Notes: generated from the sequence alone by a model not told the origin. A DNA stretch of 64,000 bases from Callorhinchus milii (GCF_018977255.1 NW_024704742.1:56732001-56796000); one strand, 5' to 3'. Shown: positions 51,101 to 61,329, counted from the first letter of the stretch. Made by a program: numbers and translations.

Positions 51101-53524
51101 TTTTCAGAAGGGAGAAGGAATATTTCAAACTGCATTTTAATGCCATTCCGCGAATCAGCAATAATCCTGATAGAGAATTGACCCAATTTAACCACAATTT
51201 TTTAAAGATCTATTTGTTCAAAACAGTAAAACGTGCTTTTATTTGTACAGTATTTACAAAGTTACTTGCAGGACCTCTGCATTGATTTTGAGGTAATTGT
51301 TTTCATTGTTTTTGTGCTAGATAATTACAGCTCATTCACCTCCGTTCAAGCACACCCTCCCCCCAAGACACACACTTATAGACCTTTATCAAAAAGTGTC
51401 TCGGATAGTAGTGCTGAATTCTTGAAGGATTCTGCTCCTTTACCACCCCCTCCACCTGTTCCACCACCTTCACATCTGAGGTATCGAGAAATGGTCCTTA
51501 CAGAAAAGTAAGTACAATACAAATTTATATTATTATATTTATTGAACATTATTTGAAATATGCATTTTTCCAGGGGAATTGTCTGAACCTAAAGTAATGT
51601 AATCACGGTTAGTTTAGCTGAGTTGTCTCCCCGGTGCTGGTTTGCGCCCTCTGTGGTCAACTTCTGATGATGACAGATCATTGAGGGTTTAGTCCCTACA
51701 TCAGGACTTGATTTTAAAGTCTAAAATGACTTCAGTGCATTCCTGGGGATCTGCTGTCTTGTCTCTATCTTTGGGTTGAGACCGTAAAACCAAGATTGTA
51801 TTAGTCTGCTGAGGTGAGCAGCATTAAAAATCCTACAACCATTTACTAAACAAGGAAGTTTCTCCTGAGTGTGCTTAAGATACATTGGTCATTCACCTCA
51901 TGACTGTGTGTCGACACTCAAAGTGCAAATTGATTTTCAGTAAGCAATTATTACACTTTACAGTAATTACTGTAAGATGCTTTAAGACATTTTAATATAA
52001 GATACTATAACTATGAGTGGAATAACCTTATAATGTTATTTCAACAGCAAATGTCACGCTTAACAGTTTATCAATATCTAAACAGTTTCTCAAACTTTTA
52101 GGAAGTTTTCCTTATAACAGAAGTTATTCAAACAGTGTCTTATTGTATTTGGGCCTGTAATATTTACTGCAGTATTGTTTAGAAATAATATTCAATTTTG
52201 ATTATCTGGTGGATGAATTTGGATGAAGGCAATTTGCTCCTTCCTTTCTCCCAACCTGCTATTTGGGCACTTTAGATGTTCTGTAACTCTGAAATCTCAC
52301 AGTACTAAAATTGAAACATCAGACATTCCTTGGTGCTCAGGTCTGTTGAACTTCTTGCCTCTCCCAGTCTTCCCTTCCTCCTACAGTCTGCAGTCTTTCA
52401 AAAGGTGAGCACTCCTTGACTTCTCACCTTGTCTTCTCACCTTGTCTCAAAGTTGGTGGTGTCCTGCACTTCAGGCCTTTAGCTGGCTATCATAATTCAA
52501 GAACAGCGTTGCAAGAAATTTTTCAGGATATCCTGAAAACATCAGAGTTAATGGCCCAAATAGGTTTTCCATTTCCTCAGAATTCTTACTATTGAAGTTC
52601 CAGCCTAGCCTCTGTTTGGACATGTATGTGCATGAAGATGCACATCTGTGTGCTAGCACATCCATTAATGGTAGCTAATCACAAAACATTTTTTTACAAG
52701 GTAGTCCCATGTTTTTAGATGCTTTGTTTTAATTTAGGACAACACTTGGAAGCCCCAAATTCACCTAAAATTATTTTTTTTAAAAACATTAAAATCTAAA
52801 CAAAGAATTTTGGAAAATGCTGAATCCATCTTAACTGGGAAGTGCATTTTCAGCAGAACTTAAAATGAAAGCAGTTTCCAAAATGAGTCTGAATTTAAGA
52901 ATTTACCACAATTGCAATCTCAAATTCTAAGATTGTAGTTCTGCAGGTACCTAACGTGGAGCAGTTTTATGGACTCCCTAAAGTGGAGCTGTATTACGGG
53001 CCACTTACTAAGGCTAGTAGTTTTATGAGCCATGTAAGACGAGGTGATTTTTTCAGTCCTGTGATGTTCATGCAGCTTTAACTCACTCCTGTGGCTGAAG
53101 CTAACGTGACATCACACTGCCATTATGACGACATCTCAGTGTCTGAGATAAGTGGGATACAACGTCAGATGATTGATTATTGGTATTTTATGGACCTTGA
53201 AGTGTAACAAGTTTCTTTTATTTCGACTCCAGTCAATCCCCAAACACACTCATGTAAGTAACATGTTCACGTGTCAAACATTCACTTCAAATGCAAAGCT
53301 TTGAGTCACCCAAGCCTACGGTCATTTTCTGAATCAAGATGCTTCATAAATTGTGACACTTGGGGCCACTGCTGCGATGTAAAGGACATCATATTTAAAT
53401 TTCCTTTAGGAATGACTGGGATCCCCCTGACAGAAAAGTTGATACTCGCAGATACCGTGCCGAACCAAGAAGCATATTCGAGTATGAGCCAGGAAAGTCA
53501 TCCATTCTGGAGCAAGAGCGGCCG
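15149..53524 (+). CDS. SORBS2: Sorbin and SH3 domain-containing protein 2 (ArgBP2), 5' part; spliced join(15149-15158,19501-19596,26514-26540,28578-28720,31558-32199,37591-38055,40030-40171,42688-42857,46228-46294,46858-46905,51321-51507,53410-53524); 3' incomplete
   Basis: The spliced translation contains [49 protein letters not shown] (SoHo domain, SORBS2-type wording) and [38 protein letters not shown]. All junctions are AG/GT with matching phases; 2112 nt open frame. Confidence 0.95.
19501..19596 (+). CDS. SORBS2: SORBS2 96-nt exon (D)[31 protein letters not shown], phase 1-1
   Basis: gttttcag|...|gtatta. Matches the recalled human [31 protein letters not shown] cassette. Confidence 0.9.
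23440..24060 (-). mobile_element. Old CR1 3' fragments
   Basis: cagtgcattccagatcgaaacaactctctgtgtaaaa...aatctgtgtcttctggtt resembles the reverse of the CR1 GH.K...FF.RV..WN.L region; decayed 3' UTR near 23730-23780. Confidence 0.55.
26514..26540 (+). CDS. SORBS2: SORBS2 27-nt microexon (G)YEAQAPDS, phase 1-1
   Basis: ttttcttttctttaag|GTTATG...TTCAG|gtaaag. Positional equivalent of human GRDSQSPDS. Confidence 0.8.
27129..27459 (+). mobile_element. Young tRNA-Ala-headed Deu-domain SINE, full length
   Basis: Pol III A box (tagctcagtgg) and B box (gagttcaattc); Deu-like core tgtttgtgggacattgctgtgcgcaattggctgccgcgtt; L2-like tail with a long (ATT)n. Confidence 0.95.
28578..28720 (+). CDS. SORBS2: SORBS2 exon DLWRSYG...[22 protein letters not shown]...PPQQ, phase 1-0
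   Basis: tttgcag|...CAG|gtgaat. [11 protein letters not shown] is a conserved SORBS2 motif. Confidence 0.93.
31558..32199 (+). CDS. SORBS2: Probable SORBS2 large alternative exon (214 codons, [11 protein letters not shown]...QSSGDRL), phase 0-0
   Basis: Long pyrimidine tract plus ttggcag|GTT. The frame is open and in phase with the upstream exon (contains ORF 31717..32322) and is S/P/T-rich. The donor CTG|gtacat is weak, so the 3' end is less certain. Confidence 0.7.
32525..32720 (+). mobile_element. 5'-truncated Deu-domain SINE
   Basis: taataatccctc...gcgcaattggctgccgtgtt...aaatgcaaggattattattatta. Confidence 0.8.
34892..35129. mobile_element. Penelope-type foldback element with 13-bp TSD and two relic minimal hammerhead motifs
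   Basis: Inverted arms ~34930-35020 and ~35041-35126. TCCTAGGCTTACA is duplicated at 34879-34891 and 35130-35142. The - strand reads CTGA-N-(G>A)A..GGGTC-gtg-GACCC-GAAA. Confidence 0.8.
35290..36908 (+). mobile_element. L2-clade LINE, ~1.6-kb 3' part with broken reverse transcriptase
   Basis: ORF 35729..36334 has [20 protein letters not shown]...[10 protein letters not shown] (catalytic YADD altered to YADA). Frameshifts are present, and the tail is ccagcgctccaggacac...gggcgctatttaaatgcaagctgttgtt. Confidence 0.95.
37591..38055 (+). CDS. SORBS2: Probable SORBS2 alternative exon (155 codons, NMTAVAQ...[14 protein letters not shown]...AAPIH), phase 0-0
   Basis: ctccctccttcag|AAT with an open frame (ORF 37558..38166) and donor CAT|gtaatt. 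Contains the vinexin/SORBS-family motif DDFIPPHLQ. Confidence 0.78.
40030..40171 (+). CDS. SORBS2: SORBS2 exon MAVNGNS...[30 protein letters not shown], phase 0-1
   Basis: tgtacacag|ATG...G|gtaagc. Aligns to recalled human ITVNGNS...YQRPFSPSAYSLPAS...VMQH. Not present in the ORF track. Confidence 0.88.
41545..41832 (+). mobile_element. Old Deu-domain SINE, 3' two-thirds
   Basis: cggatgaaacattaaaccaaggtctcgtctgcc...gtggacgttagagatcctgtg...acattgctgtgtgcatattggttgcc...atcaaatgcaaggattatta. Confidence 0.75.
42290..42625. mobile_element. Two decayed Deu-SINE 3' halves, tail-to-tail (+ 42290-42480; - 42514-42625)
   Basis: gggacattgctgtatgcttattggct...aaatacaagga, followed by taataatccttacatttgatat...ctcaaagcgcttca. 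Confidence 0.7.
42688..42857 (+). CDS. SORBS2: SORBS2 exon, start of SoHo domain (...[37 protein letters not shown]), phase 1-0
   Basis: ttccttgcag|...ACG|gtaggg. Near-identical to the SORBS2 SoHo N-half. Confidence 0.96.
46228..46294 (+). CDS. SORBS2: SORBS2 exon, SoHo core [22 protein letters not shown], phase 0-1
   Basis: aatctag|ACA...G|gtatgt. Identical to the recalled sorbin/SORBS2 peptide. Confidence 0.97.
46858..46905 (+). CDS. SORBS2: SORBS2 48-nt exon [16 protein letters not shown], phase 1-1
   Basis: tctcttaacag|...G|gtaagg. Corresponds to human DDDTDMYNTPYTYNA. Confidence 0.88.
47592..47897 (+). mobile_element. Young tRNA-Ala-headed Deu-domain SINE, followed by an L2 tail (47898-47960) and another decayed SINE tail (to ~48090)
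   Basis: Same head, core and tail as the 27129 copy, then ccagcgccttgggacctcctcccatcgtgaaaggcgcc...(TTG)n. Confidence 0.92.
48595..48913 (+). mobile_element. Young tRNA-Ala-headed Deu-domain SINE, full length
   Basis: Nearly identical to the 27129 copy. Confidence 0.95.
51321..51507 (+). CDS. SORBS2: SORBS2 exon with proline-rich segment (...[20 protein letters not shown]...PPPPPVPPP...TEK), phase 1-2
   Basis: gtgctag|...AA|gtaagt. TYRPLSKS and the polyproline run match SORBS2. Confidence 0.93.
51680..52010 (+). mobile_element. Very decayed old Deu-domain SINE
   Basis: gggtttagtccctacatcaggacttg...gttgagaccgtaaaaccaagattg...attggtcattcacctcatgactg...cactttacagtaattactgtaagatgcttt. Confidence 0.5.
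53410..53524 (+). CDS. SORBS2: SORBS2 exon [38 protein letters not shown], phase 2-0
   Basis: tttcctttag|G...CCG|gtaaga. Highly conserved SORBS-family motif. Confidence 0.96.
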
Positions 53525-54823
53525 GTAAGAACTTTCTGTTCAAAGCGATTTTTCTTGTTTCATAAATATAACATGAACAAATAGAATTTGTTTTGCCAAG
53601 ATCCGCTGGCAGGCACACGCATGTGAGCACCTGCCTCTCTGTCAAATTGTTGTGTCTTCCAAAGCCAGGGGGGCCTATTTTGCTAGTCTGGTTGCTACTG
53701 TTGGCAGTAAATCTTCATATCCTTTTGACCTTGAGTCTTAAGTTTTCTCAGCCAAGCTGATGGCAATAAGCAAAGTGCACTCTGTTTTTTTAAAAAGAAA
53801 AATCCCTCAGGGCTTCGTGAGGTGCGTCATATTTTTGTCTGATCATAAAGAGCATTGAGTTCTATTAATGACCCCAGTGAAGCCAGGTAATTGAACTAGG
53901 CTTCACGGTAGTAAATAGCTCCTTTGAAGAAACCAAAATGCAAATTCAAGTATAAATATATTGACATCTCTGGCCTTAGGTTGTGCAGTAAATTTTAAAA
54001 CAAAACAAATACACAATATGTTATGACTTTATTTTTAAACAAAATTAACTACAGAGCAAGGAAAAATACTGGATTAGAGTTCTGATTTCTGATCACTGCA
54101 GTAAAGCATGTACATCATGTCAGAATCAGACCCAGTCGTGATGTTCATCATTGTTGAATAGCTCGCTAGCTAGACTCTTTGCATGAAGAATACCAATGTG
54201 AGTTTTATACTGAAGAGATGCAGGCTTCTATGAACCAAGCAAATGGGGTATTATGCTCAGTGATTTTCTTAACTAAACATCAATATTGCCAATTTGGAAG
54301 TAAGTTCTTTTTGGGATTACCAGAACGATTCCTTAATTAAGGAATCCCATTTAAAATCACCTGAGGGCAAGAGAAAATTGGGTAAGAAAATGGAGTTAAC
54401 TGAATCTCTCAAATTCGTATTTACCTGATTGGTATGCCTACCAGGTTTTTGAATGGTGTATTTTTAATATGTGTTCATATTTAGTAACTCCCAGATGAAA
54501 TGTCAATATCTTACACTCACTTCCTGTTAGCAATTGCAAACTGCTGCTATCTTTTTGTCAAGTGGCCAATTTGAAATGTGAAGTGCATCTGACAACAGAA
54601 GTTGTCTCATTGTATCAGTATCAGAAGAGTGCTCCAGTTACCTACAATTAAATTTCCTGGCTGAGGAAATCTACTTTCACTTTAAATGCAAAGCTTCATA
54701 AAGTTAAATCTATCTTTGTCCAGAATTTATTCATTGTATAGAAGCCTTCTGTATTTTGTAGACTGTAAAATAATATAATTTCTGTCTGCAACTTCAAAGA
54801 TACATTTTAGAATGTGTGCTAAA

Positions 54824-54981
54824 CTTTCTATGTGAATGACTTATCAATGTTGACCAACCACTGTAGGAGGGCCCGATAAGGTATCGTGATCTTGTTTTTA
54901 TGGCTCTTTCATGTTCACAACCATAAAGAAATGTAATGCATCAGTGGTTGGTCAACATTGATAAGTCATTCACATAGAAAG
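54824..54981. repeat. Perfect 40-bp inverted repeat with 78-bp spacer
   Basis: CTTTCTATGTGAATGACTTATCAATGTTGACCAACCACTG (54824-54863) and its exact reverse complement (54942-54981). Confidence 0.95.
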
Positions 54982-57420
54982 CAACGCGTTTTGATGACGC
55001 TGTTGGTGATTCTGAATGATGCAGTTATCATTCCATTTAAGGCAATTGGATTCACAGAGATTGTGTGGATGGGATGATTCATTTTCAGCATGCATTCTGT
55101 TAAAATGTGAAAGGAAAGCTATAAATTAGTAACTAATGTGAACCGTGTGTTTGAAATGTTGAAGTGCAATGGGGTTTCAAGGCTGGCTTTAGGCTTTGAG
55201 TCGATTGTGGACCCCGTGAATTGGAAGGAAGTTCTATTACATTAGTTACAATAATAAGAAATCTTCATTCCATACTCAACCTCTTACTGTTCTCAAAGTC
55301 TAGTGCTACAGCGGCACAGCTTTATAAAGACAAGAGGTTCAGTGAGCCACAGTATGTGGCTAACAAAGGAAAAATGTCCCAGAAAAGCAAGAAAATCAAG
55401 ACTGCAGGGAGTAAGGTGTTCTCAGCCCATCGTGCTCGAGAAGTTGGTCTCAAACACAGAGTGGAAGAGGAGGATCAGGAGTGGGTTGTAAGTGATGCAT
55501 ACAAATAGGGCTAGTTAATAAGCCGGCCTATTATTCCAAGACCTACTTTGTTTGGGTTTAGATTGCATAAAACATTCACGTGAAGTGGGATTAATCAGTG
55601 GAAACTACTGCCACAGAAGCTATTTAAAAGCATCTATAAACGCTTTATTTACTTCGCGAGGATAATGAATTTATTACTGAGATGGGTCCTGGAGCAATAA
55701 GTCTACTGCACTTTTTTTCCTCACTCTGGTCTTTTTACTTTGATTTGTAAGATTAAACATAAAGGTGTCATTCAGTGGTTGTGTCTTGGAACAAATTTGA
55801 TCTTATATAAAAGTATCTTGCCATTTGATTTTTTTTGCTACAAATCAGAGGAAATAAGAAGACCATAATAACTGATCTCTCTTGAAAACATTGGGATTGC
55901 ATAGTAAGATGGTTTGCATCTGTTCAAAATAAAAATTTAAGTTTATCTTAAAATTAATATCCCTGGCCTGTTTTTGGAGCTCTACTAGTGGTTCATGGTC
56001 CAAAGTATTGATCACGGTTAGTACAATCTTTGAACTATTAAGCCACATGTAGATTCCAAAGTGTTGTTCAAAATTAAGCACAGACTTTGCAGATGGGAAC
56101 TGCAGTGTTGATCCAGAGTTAAGTGTCTATCTCTCCAGCCTGTCCAGTCTCTCCTGCTGTCTGGGTATTTGTCTATGTAACCATATTTGTGTACATTAAC
56201 CATCTGTACAGAAAAAGAACATCATTTTGAGTGAGTAAAAACAAAGGATGTTTGATGGGCAGGAGTTGCATTGTTGTAGTATTCATTGAATTACGGGGAG
56301 AATGCGTTCTGACCACTCTGCCATGCTTGTTTGACTAATGGTCACTGGCTGTTTTCGTCTTGTACCAGAGGTCCTGAGAAAATGAGCAGCTACATTTTGT
56401 GACTGGAAGAAATCATTGCACCTGGCTTAAAACCATCTGAATGTAGTTTAACCTAGTGTGGGCATTCAAGCAGATCAATGACAAAAATCCTGCAGATCTA
56501 TAAAATCTGAGTGCAAGCTGAAATAATAAAGGTAGTATTAAACTGCATGACTGTCTTCCCGAAGCATGAGTTGATCTTTGATTTTGTTATGACTACAATT
56601 ATAAAGTTGTATTATTTTAATTGAGGATCTCTAGTGCATGGCACTCAAATGTAGAATTGCACAATGGATGGAGTGGCAGAATTCAGCTTCATGTTGTAAC
56701 TGATAGCTGAGAGGTTGAAAGGTGTTGTTCTCCTTGAGAATAATGAGTGGCAGCTGAATAAATATGTTCCCTGGAAATAGTTACTTACACCAAGTGTTCC
56801 TTATATTTAAAACAGTAGCTGTTCTTGTGTGTCCCTGAGCCAGTAAGATTATATGTTTAATCAACGAAACTGGTATGAAGCAATCCATGAACGAACTGCT
56901 AGATGCTGATTGATGTGAAATTCAGTATGAAATCCTTATAACATAAATTGTATGGCCTTTTTTTGTTAATCCACTTTTGAAAATAAAACCTACAAGATTA
57001 GATTCCTCTGTACAACCTCAAGGAACCCATTCCACTATGTCTTTCAGAAACTGGAAAAAACTACTAGATCAACCACTGTCAATAAAGACGAATAAACTCG
57101 GCACTTTCTTGACTGATCTTAACCTCATCTCATCTTATATTATCCCTTCTCAATCTTTAATCCTTTCTCTTTCCAAAAATGCATACAGTATTCCTGAATC
57201 ATTTATACTGTTTACTACAATGGCCTGTGTTGGTAACCTATTCCACAGGGCCTTTGCTATTTATTGCAAAATAATGTTAACCTTATTTGCTTTCTTGCTT
57301 CTAACTTCTTAATAACTTGTGGCCCATGGCATTTGAACCGCAACTTTCTGTACAGAACATTTTGAACAATCATTAAGATGTGAAATGGCATTTGGGAATA
57401 GATTTTAAAAAATGTATGCG

Positions 57421-57500
57421 TTTATATATATATATATTTTATATATATATATCTTTTATATACATATCTATATATATATATCTTTTATATATACATATAC
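57421..57500. repeat. Imperfect (TA)n microsatellite
   Basis: Directly visible; a second tract lies at 58057-58100. Confidence 0.9.
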
Positions 57501-58056
57501 ACTAATAAAATAACATCTGTCTGCGCTTCAAGAAGGATTTCAATAACCAATTAACGTAGAGACATGATTTATACATTATCAGAAAGGCATTGCACTGGGA
57601 GTGACATGGGCATATTTGTTTTCTGGTATGTCCTATCGTTCATGGGTTATTTTCAGTTTTACATTTTTCGCTGCAGTTACACCTGGTGGCTGCTGAGTCA
57701 AAGTGGTGCTGTGGTATCGTGTGTCAAGGAGTATGTATATATGTAAGCACACACTGCAATTACACCTTGTGGCTGCTCTGGCTGACCGTGGCGCTGTGAC
57801 ATCCTGCATCACAGAGCACGTACGTAGCCAAGTGGCAGGAACAAAATAAAGAACAGGTTAAGCTAAACTGCGGCAAAAACAACAAAGTTACATTTTTAAA
57901 TCCCTAAGTCCTCCCACTGAGTCATTCTAAAGGGAGTCATACTGCAGGAGTCCTCCCAGATGAGTGTAGATAAAGATGAGATGTCTGTCTGTGTGTCAAC
58001 CTCCATTCCAAGTTGGATCCTTTGGTTGCAAGCTTAGCTGCAACAGGTACAGCTAG
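57495..58056 (+). mobile_element. Probable non-autonomous Helitron
   Basis: 3' end has a GTTGCA/TGCAAC hairpin (58025-58044), then AGGTACAG, then CTAG|T. The 5' end resembles ..TATACACTAATAAAA, there is no TSD, and it sits in a (TA)n tract. The exact 5' TC is not resolvable. Confidence 0.65.
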
Positions 58057-59489
58057 TGTATATATGTGTATATATATATATATATACACATATATACATA
58101 TCAAAATTCCAAAGCCATTTCTTGCGTAGAAAAATAAAGCTGTAATCCTGTAAAACCATTGATTGGACCATGTTGACCATCTTGTTCACGCCTGGTGATG
58201 GCTTACTTAATGATTTATGTTTCATCATGAGTATCCAAGCCAAACTTTAAAATTCCATGCGTCCCACCTCCACGTGCAAATCCCAGAGATAGATTGTTGG
58301 AATGCAGTGTGCACTCTCTCCATGGAGGGATGCATCCCACTTAGCTCATTCTGGAAAGTATTAGATGCAGCTTAATGAGGCTTGGGGACTCTGGATGGTG
58401 CATTGGAGGTACTGCTGGAGTCCAATTTCTGTAATTCTGAAGAAGTTTAATGCCCAAGTTCATTTATGGCATTTTAAAAAAGATAAGTGAACATGATCCA
58501 AACTCATTTATCTGAACAAATCATGTTGAATTGGAAGTCATTTACAATAGGCAGCATTATCTCTAGAAGTAGTGTTGTTTCAGTAGAAATAATTTATCAT
58601 AGTGCAAGGCCACATTCAAACTGTTGTTACTTTTGATAGAGCCAAATACCGCACCTTTTTAGGAGAGGCACAGCCCACAAGACCATTATAGCTTTTATCA
58701 AATTGGGACTTTTACACCCAGAATCTGTACTGATTTAAAAAGTCGTACATTTATCTCCTTGTAGTTAAAGGGCTACATTCACAGTTGTACTAAATGTTGA
58801 TGTTCAAAATTGAAATGAGGCATATGTTAACGTTAGAGTTTGTTTTTGGCGTCTGAACTATTTTGAACCAAATGGCCTTTGAGTCAACAACTTCATGCCA
58901 CAAGGAGCATCTGAAATTGTCTTTAGATATTCTAGTGTTCGTGTTAAACACATTAAATCAAATGCTGGGATCTGAAGAGCAGCTTTAGAATTTCCTTCAA
59001 CATTTGGAATCCTATGGCTGGAAATGGATATAAAGGTATTCCTGTTTTGACTCAAAACCCCATGGTGGACTCCCTGTGAAGTGAGTCTGAACACAGCTCA
59101 ACATCTCCTGGCTAATGAAGATGATGTGGGTGGAAATCCAGAACCGCGTTCTTACAGGAGGAAAAAAGAAATCAAAACACATACTTATTAAACAATACTG
59201 TCTGCAGTATCTAGTAATATTTGATGTGTTCTGACAAAACTGTCATGCCTTCAAAAAATACTTTAAAGTGGGTGCTCAGAAAAATAATCAAATAATAATT
59301 CCTACATTTGATATGCCTTTCCTGTTGGGACGGTGCCTCAAAGCACTTCCCAAGAAATTTACTATGGACTGCAATGACTGTGCATGTATATTTCAATGGA
59401 ATATTGTGCTGTGTGGTGCGGATAATGTATCGGTGACAGAAAGTGCTGTGATACTTTCCACTTGCTGAACAATCTCACGGAATTTATGT

Positions 59490-59800
59490 ATGCTAAAGGA
59501 GAAATTATTTCCACTAGTCAGTGGCAGTGGAAATTTAAGATTATAAATGATCAAATGGGGAAGTTTAGAGAATTATTTTCACGCACAGCAAAGTTAACAT
59601 ATGGAATGCCCTGCCAGGAGGTGTGGTTGTGGGAGAATAATGTTGGCCTTCTGAAGGGAACCAGAAAAATACTTGAAGAGCTAAAAGGGTGTGGGACAAA
59701 GGCAGGTAAATAGGTCTTGCCCTTGAGGGAACCAGCCAGCACAGACATGATAGGCCAAATGGCCTTCTTCTGTGCTGTAAATTTCTACAGTTCTAATGAT
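59490..59800 (+). mobile_element. Old CR1 3' fragment
   Basis: aaattatttccactag...atggaatgccctgccaggag...ggccaaatggccttcttctgtgctgtaaatttcta. Confidence 0.65.
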
Positions 59801-61329
59801 GCTCTGCTGAAAGAAAATGTACATCTCACTTTTTGATCATTTGCTTCCAGGAATTTTTATAGTTCCCTAGTGAGCAATTTACTTGGATTAGTTTTCCAAA
59901 TCCCCTTCAAAAAAGACCATCAAGAAGATCTGTGAGTTGATTGCTACAGGTGTGGGTAGAATTTTAGTCAACTTCTACCATACAATACCAGTGAAAGGTG
60001 CAATTGCTTGAATGATTTGCTGCTTGAATTGGTTTATGCCTGGGAGGATCCTGGTAAGATTATCCCAGCTTCACTCAGACCACAGTGTCCAATCAAGTGA
60101 TTGAAATTGCTGTGCTGGTTTCTGCATATGTCATTCATTCTTTAAGGGGCAACAAAAATGCAGGTTATCGACTGGAAATACATCAACAAACCAAATCATC
60201 TTGTCAAGCTCAATGTTTTTTGGCCTGCTAGGTATCTGACACACTCAAATCTATTACCATGCTTAGGGTAGGAGTTCCACGTATGAATGGAAATTTCCTT
60301 TAATGAAGATTGAGTTGCATTCTCTTCAGAGGACGAGGATTGAGTGTGCATTCTCTTCAGAGGAACGCATCTAGGTTACCTAATCCTGGAATGTAGGATT
60401 ATTATGACCTCAATCAGGTTTAATTACCCTTTACACCCATACAGGTAGTCTGTAATAAATAGACAGAATATTTTGGGAAGTTTCCAAAATTTACTGGGTT
60501 GTGATTATTTAGTTTTGTAAAGAAATGCATCAAAGGGGACCTTTAGTAGCATGTAAGATTCTAATTGAGATTGAGAAAATAAACTCCGAACAATAAATCC
60601 AAATATTGCTAAGGCAACAGAACAAGAAGTTTGGGGTTGCAAAGGACAATTACAGAAAATATTTCTTTGCTGGTTGAGGCCAGGGAGCTGGACTCATTGA
60701 AGAAGTAGCTTGATGCAACAATGGAAAGCTGATAGGGTGGGTACTCTGGAACAACAAGATCAAGTGAGCAAAGGATCTTCTTCATCTTATAATATCTTAT
60801 TCTTAAATGGAATTTCTACATACTAGGGTTTGATGATCATGGAGATGGTTTAAAACTGATCTTATGACATTGACCAATGAGAAAAACATTTTTTTAAGTG
60901 AAATTAAACTCTAGTCACATACACAAGCCAGCAGAGGAGATGTGGAATAAGCTCGAGCAGAAATGAAAAGTTGGATATTTATTAGCAGTGCAGATATGAA
61001 AAAAATTGCTGCCTTATGTTGAATGAAGGAAGCAATCAGGAGGGTGTTCAACCATAAATGGATGAGACAACAGCATCTTCAGAAGATAAACTTCAACAAA
61101 GGGTGATAATAAAACATTGCATTTTATCGTGCTTTAATTGTGAACAAACCAAACCTAAGTGCGGTAGCTATTTTCTAGGTATTTACATGTGTCATTTACA
61201 AAAATGAATTATACAGAATGGTATAACAATCACTATAAACATAAGAGAGTTGAGAAATTCTCATCACTCTGAAACATCTCAAAGTGCTTCAGAGCAATTA
61301 CTGTCAAAGAGTGAATTTTTGTTGACAAG

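Noticed and set aside
42688..53524. Assignment to SORBS1 or SORBS3 instead of SORBS2
   Set aside because: [44 protein letters not shown] and TYRPLSKS are SORBS2 wording. As recalled, SORBS1 reads ...[19 protein letters not shown].
53874..54130. Small hairpins (GTGAAGCC/GGCTTCAC at 53877-53906; tctgatt..tcagaatcaga at ~54082-54130)
   Set aside because: Stems of 8-11 bp are expected by chance in 64 kb.
55221..55508. 95-aa ORF as a possible next SORBS2 exon
   Set aside because: No resemblance to the recalled downstream SORBS2 exons and no convincing splice pair; the sequence looks like decayed repeat.
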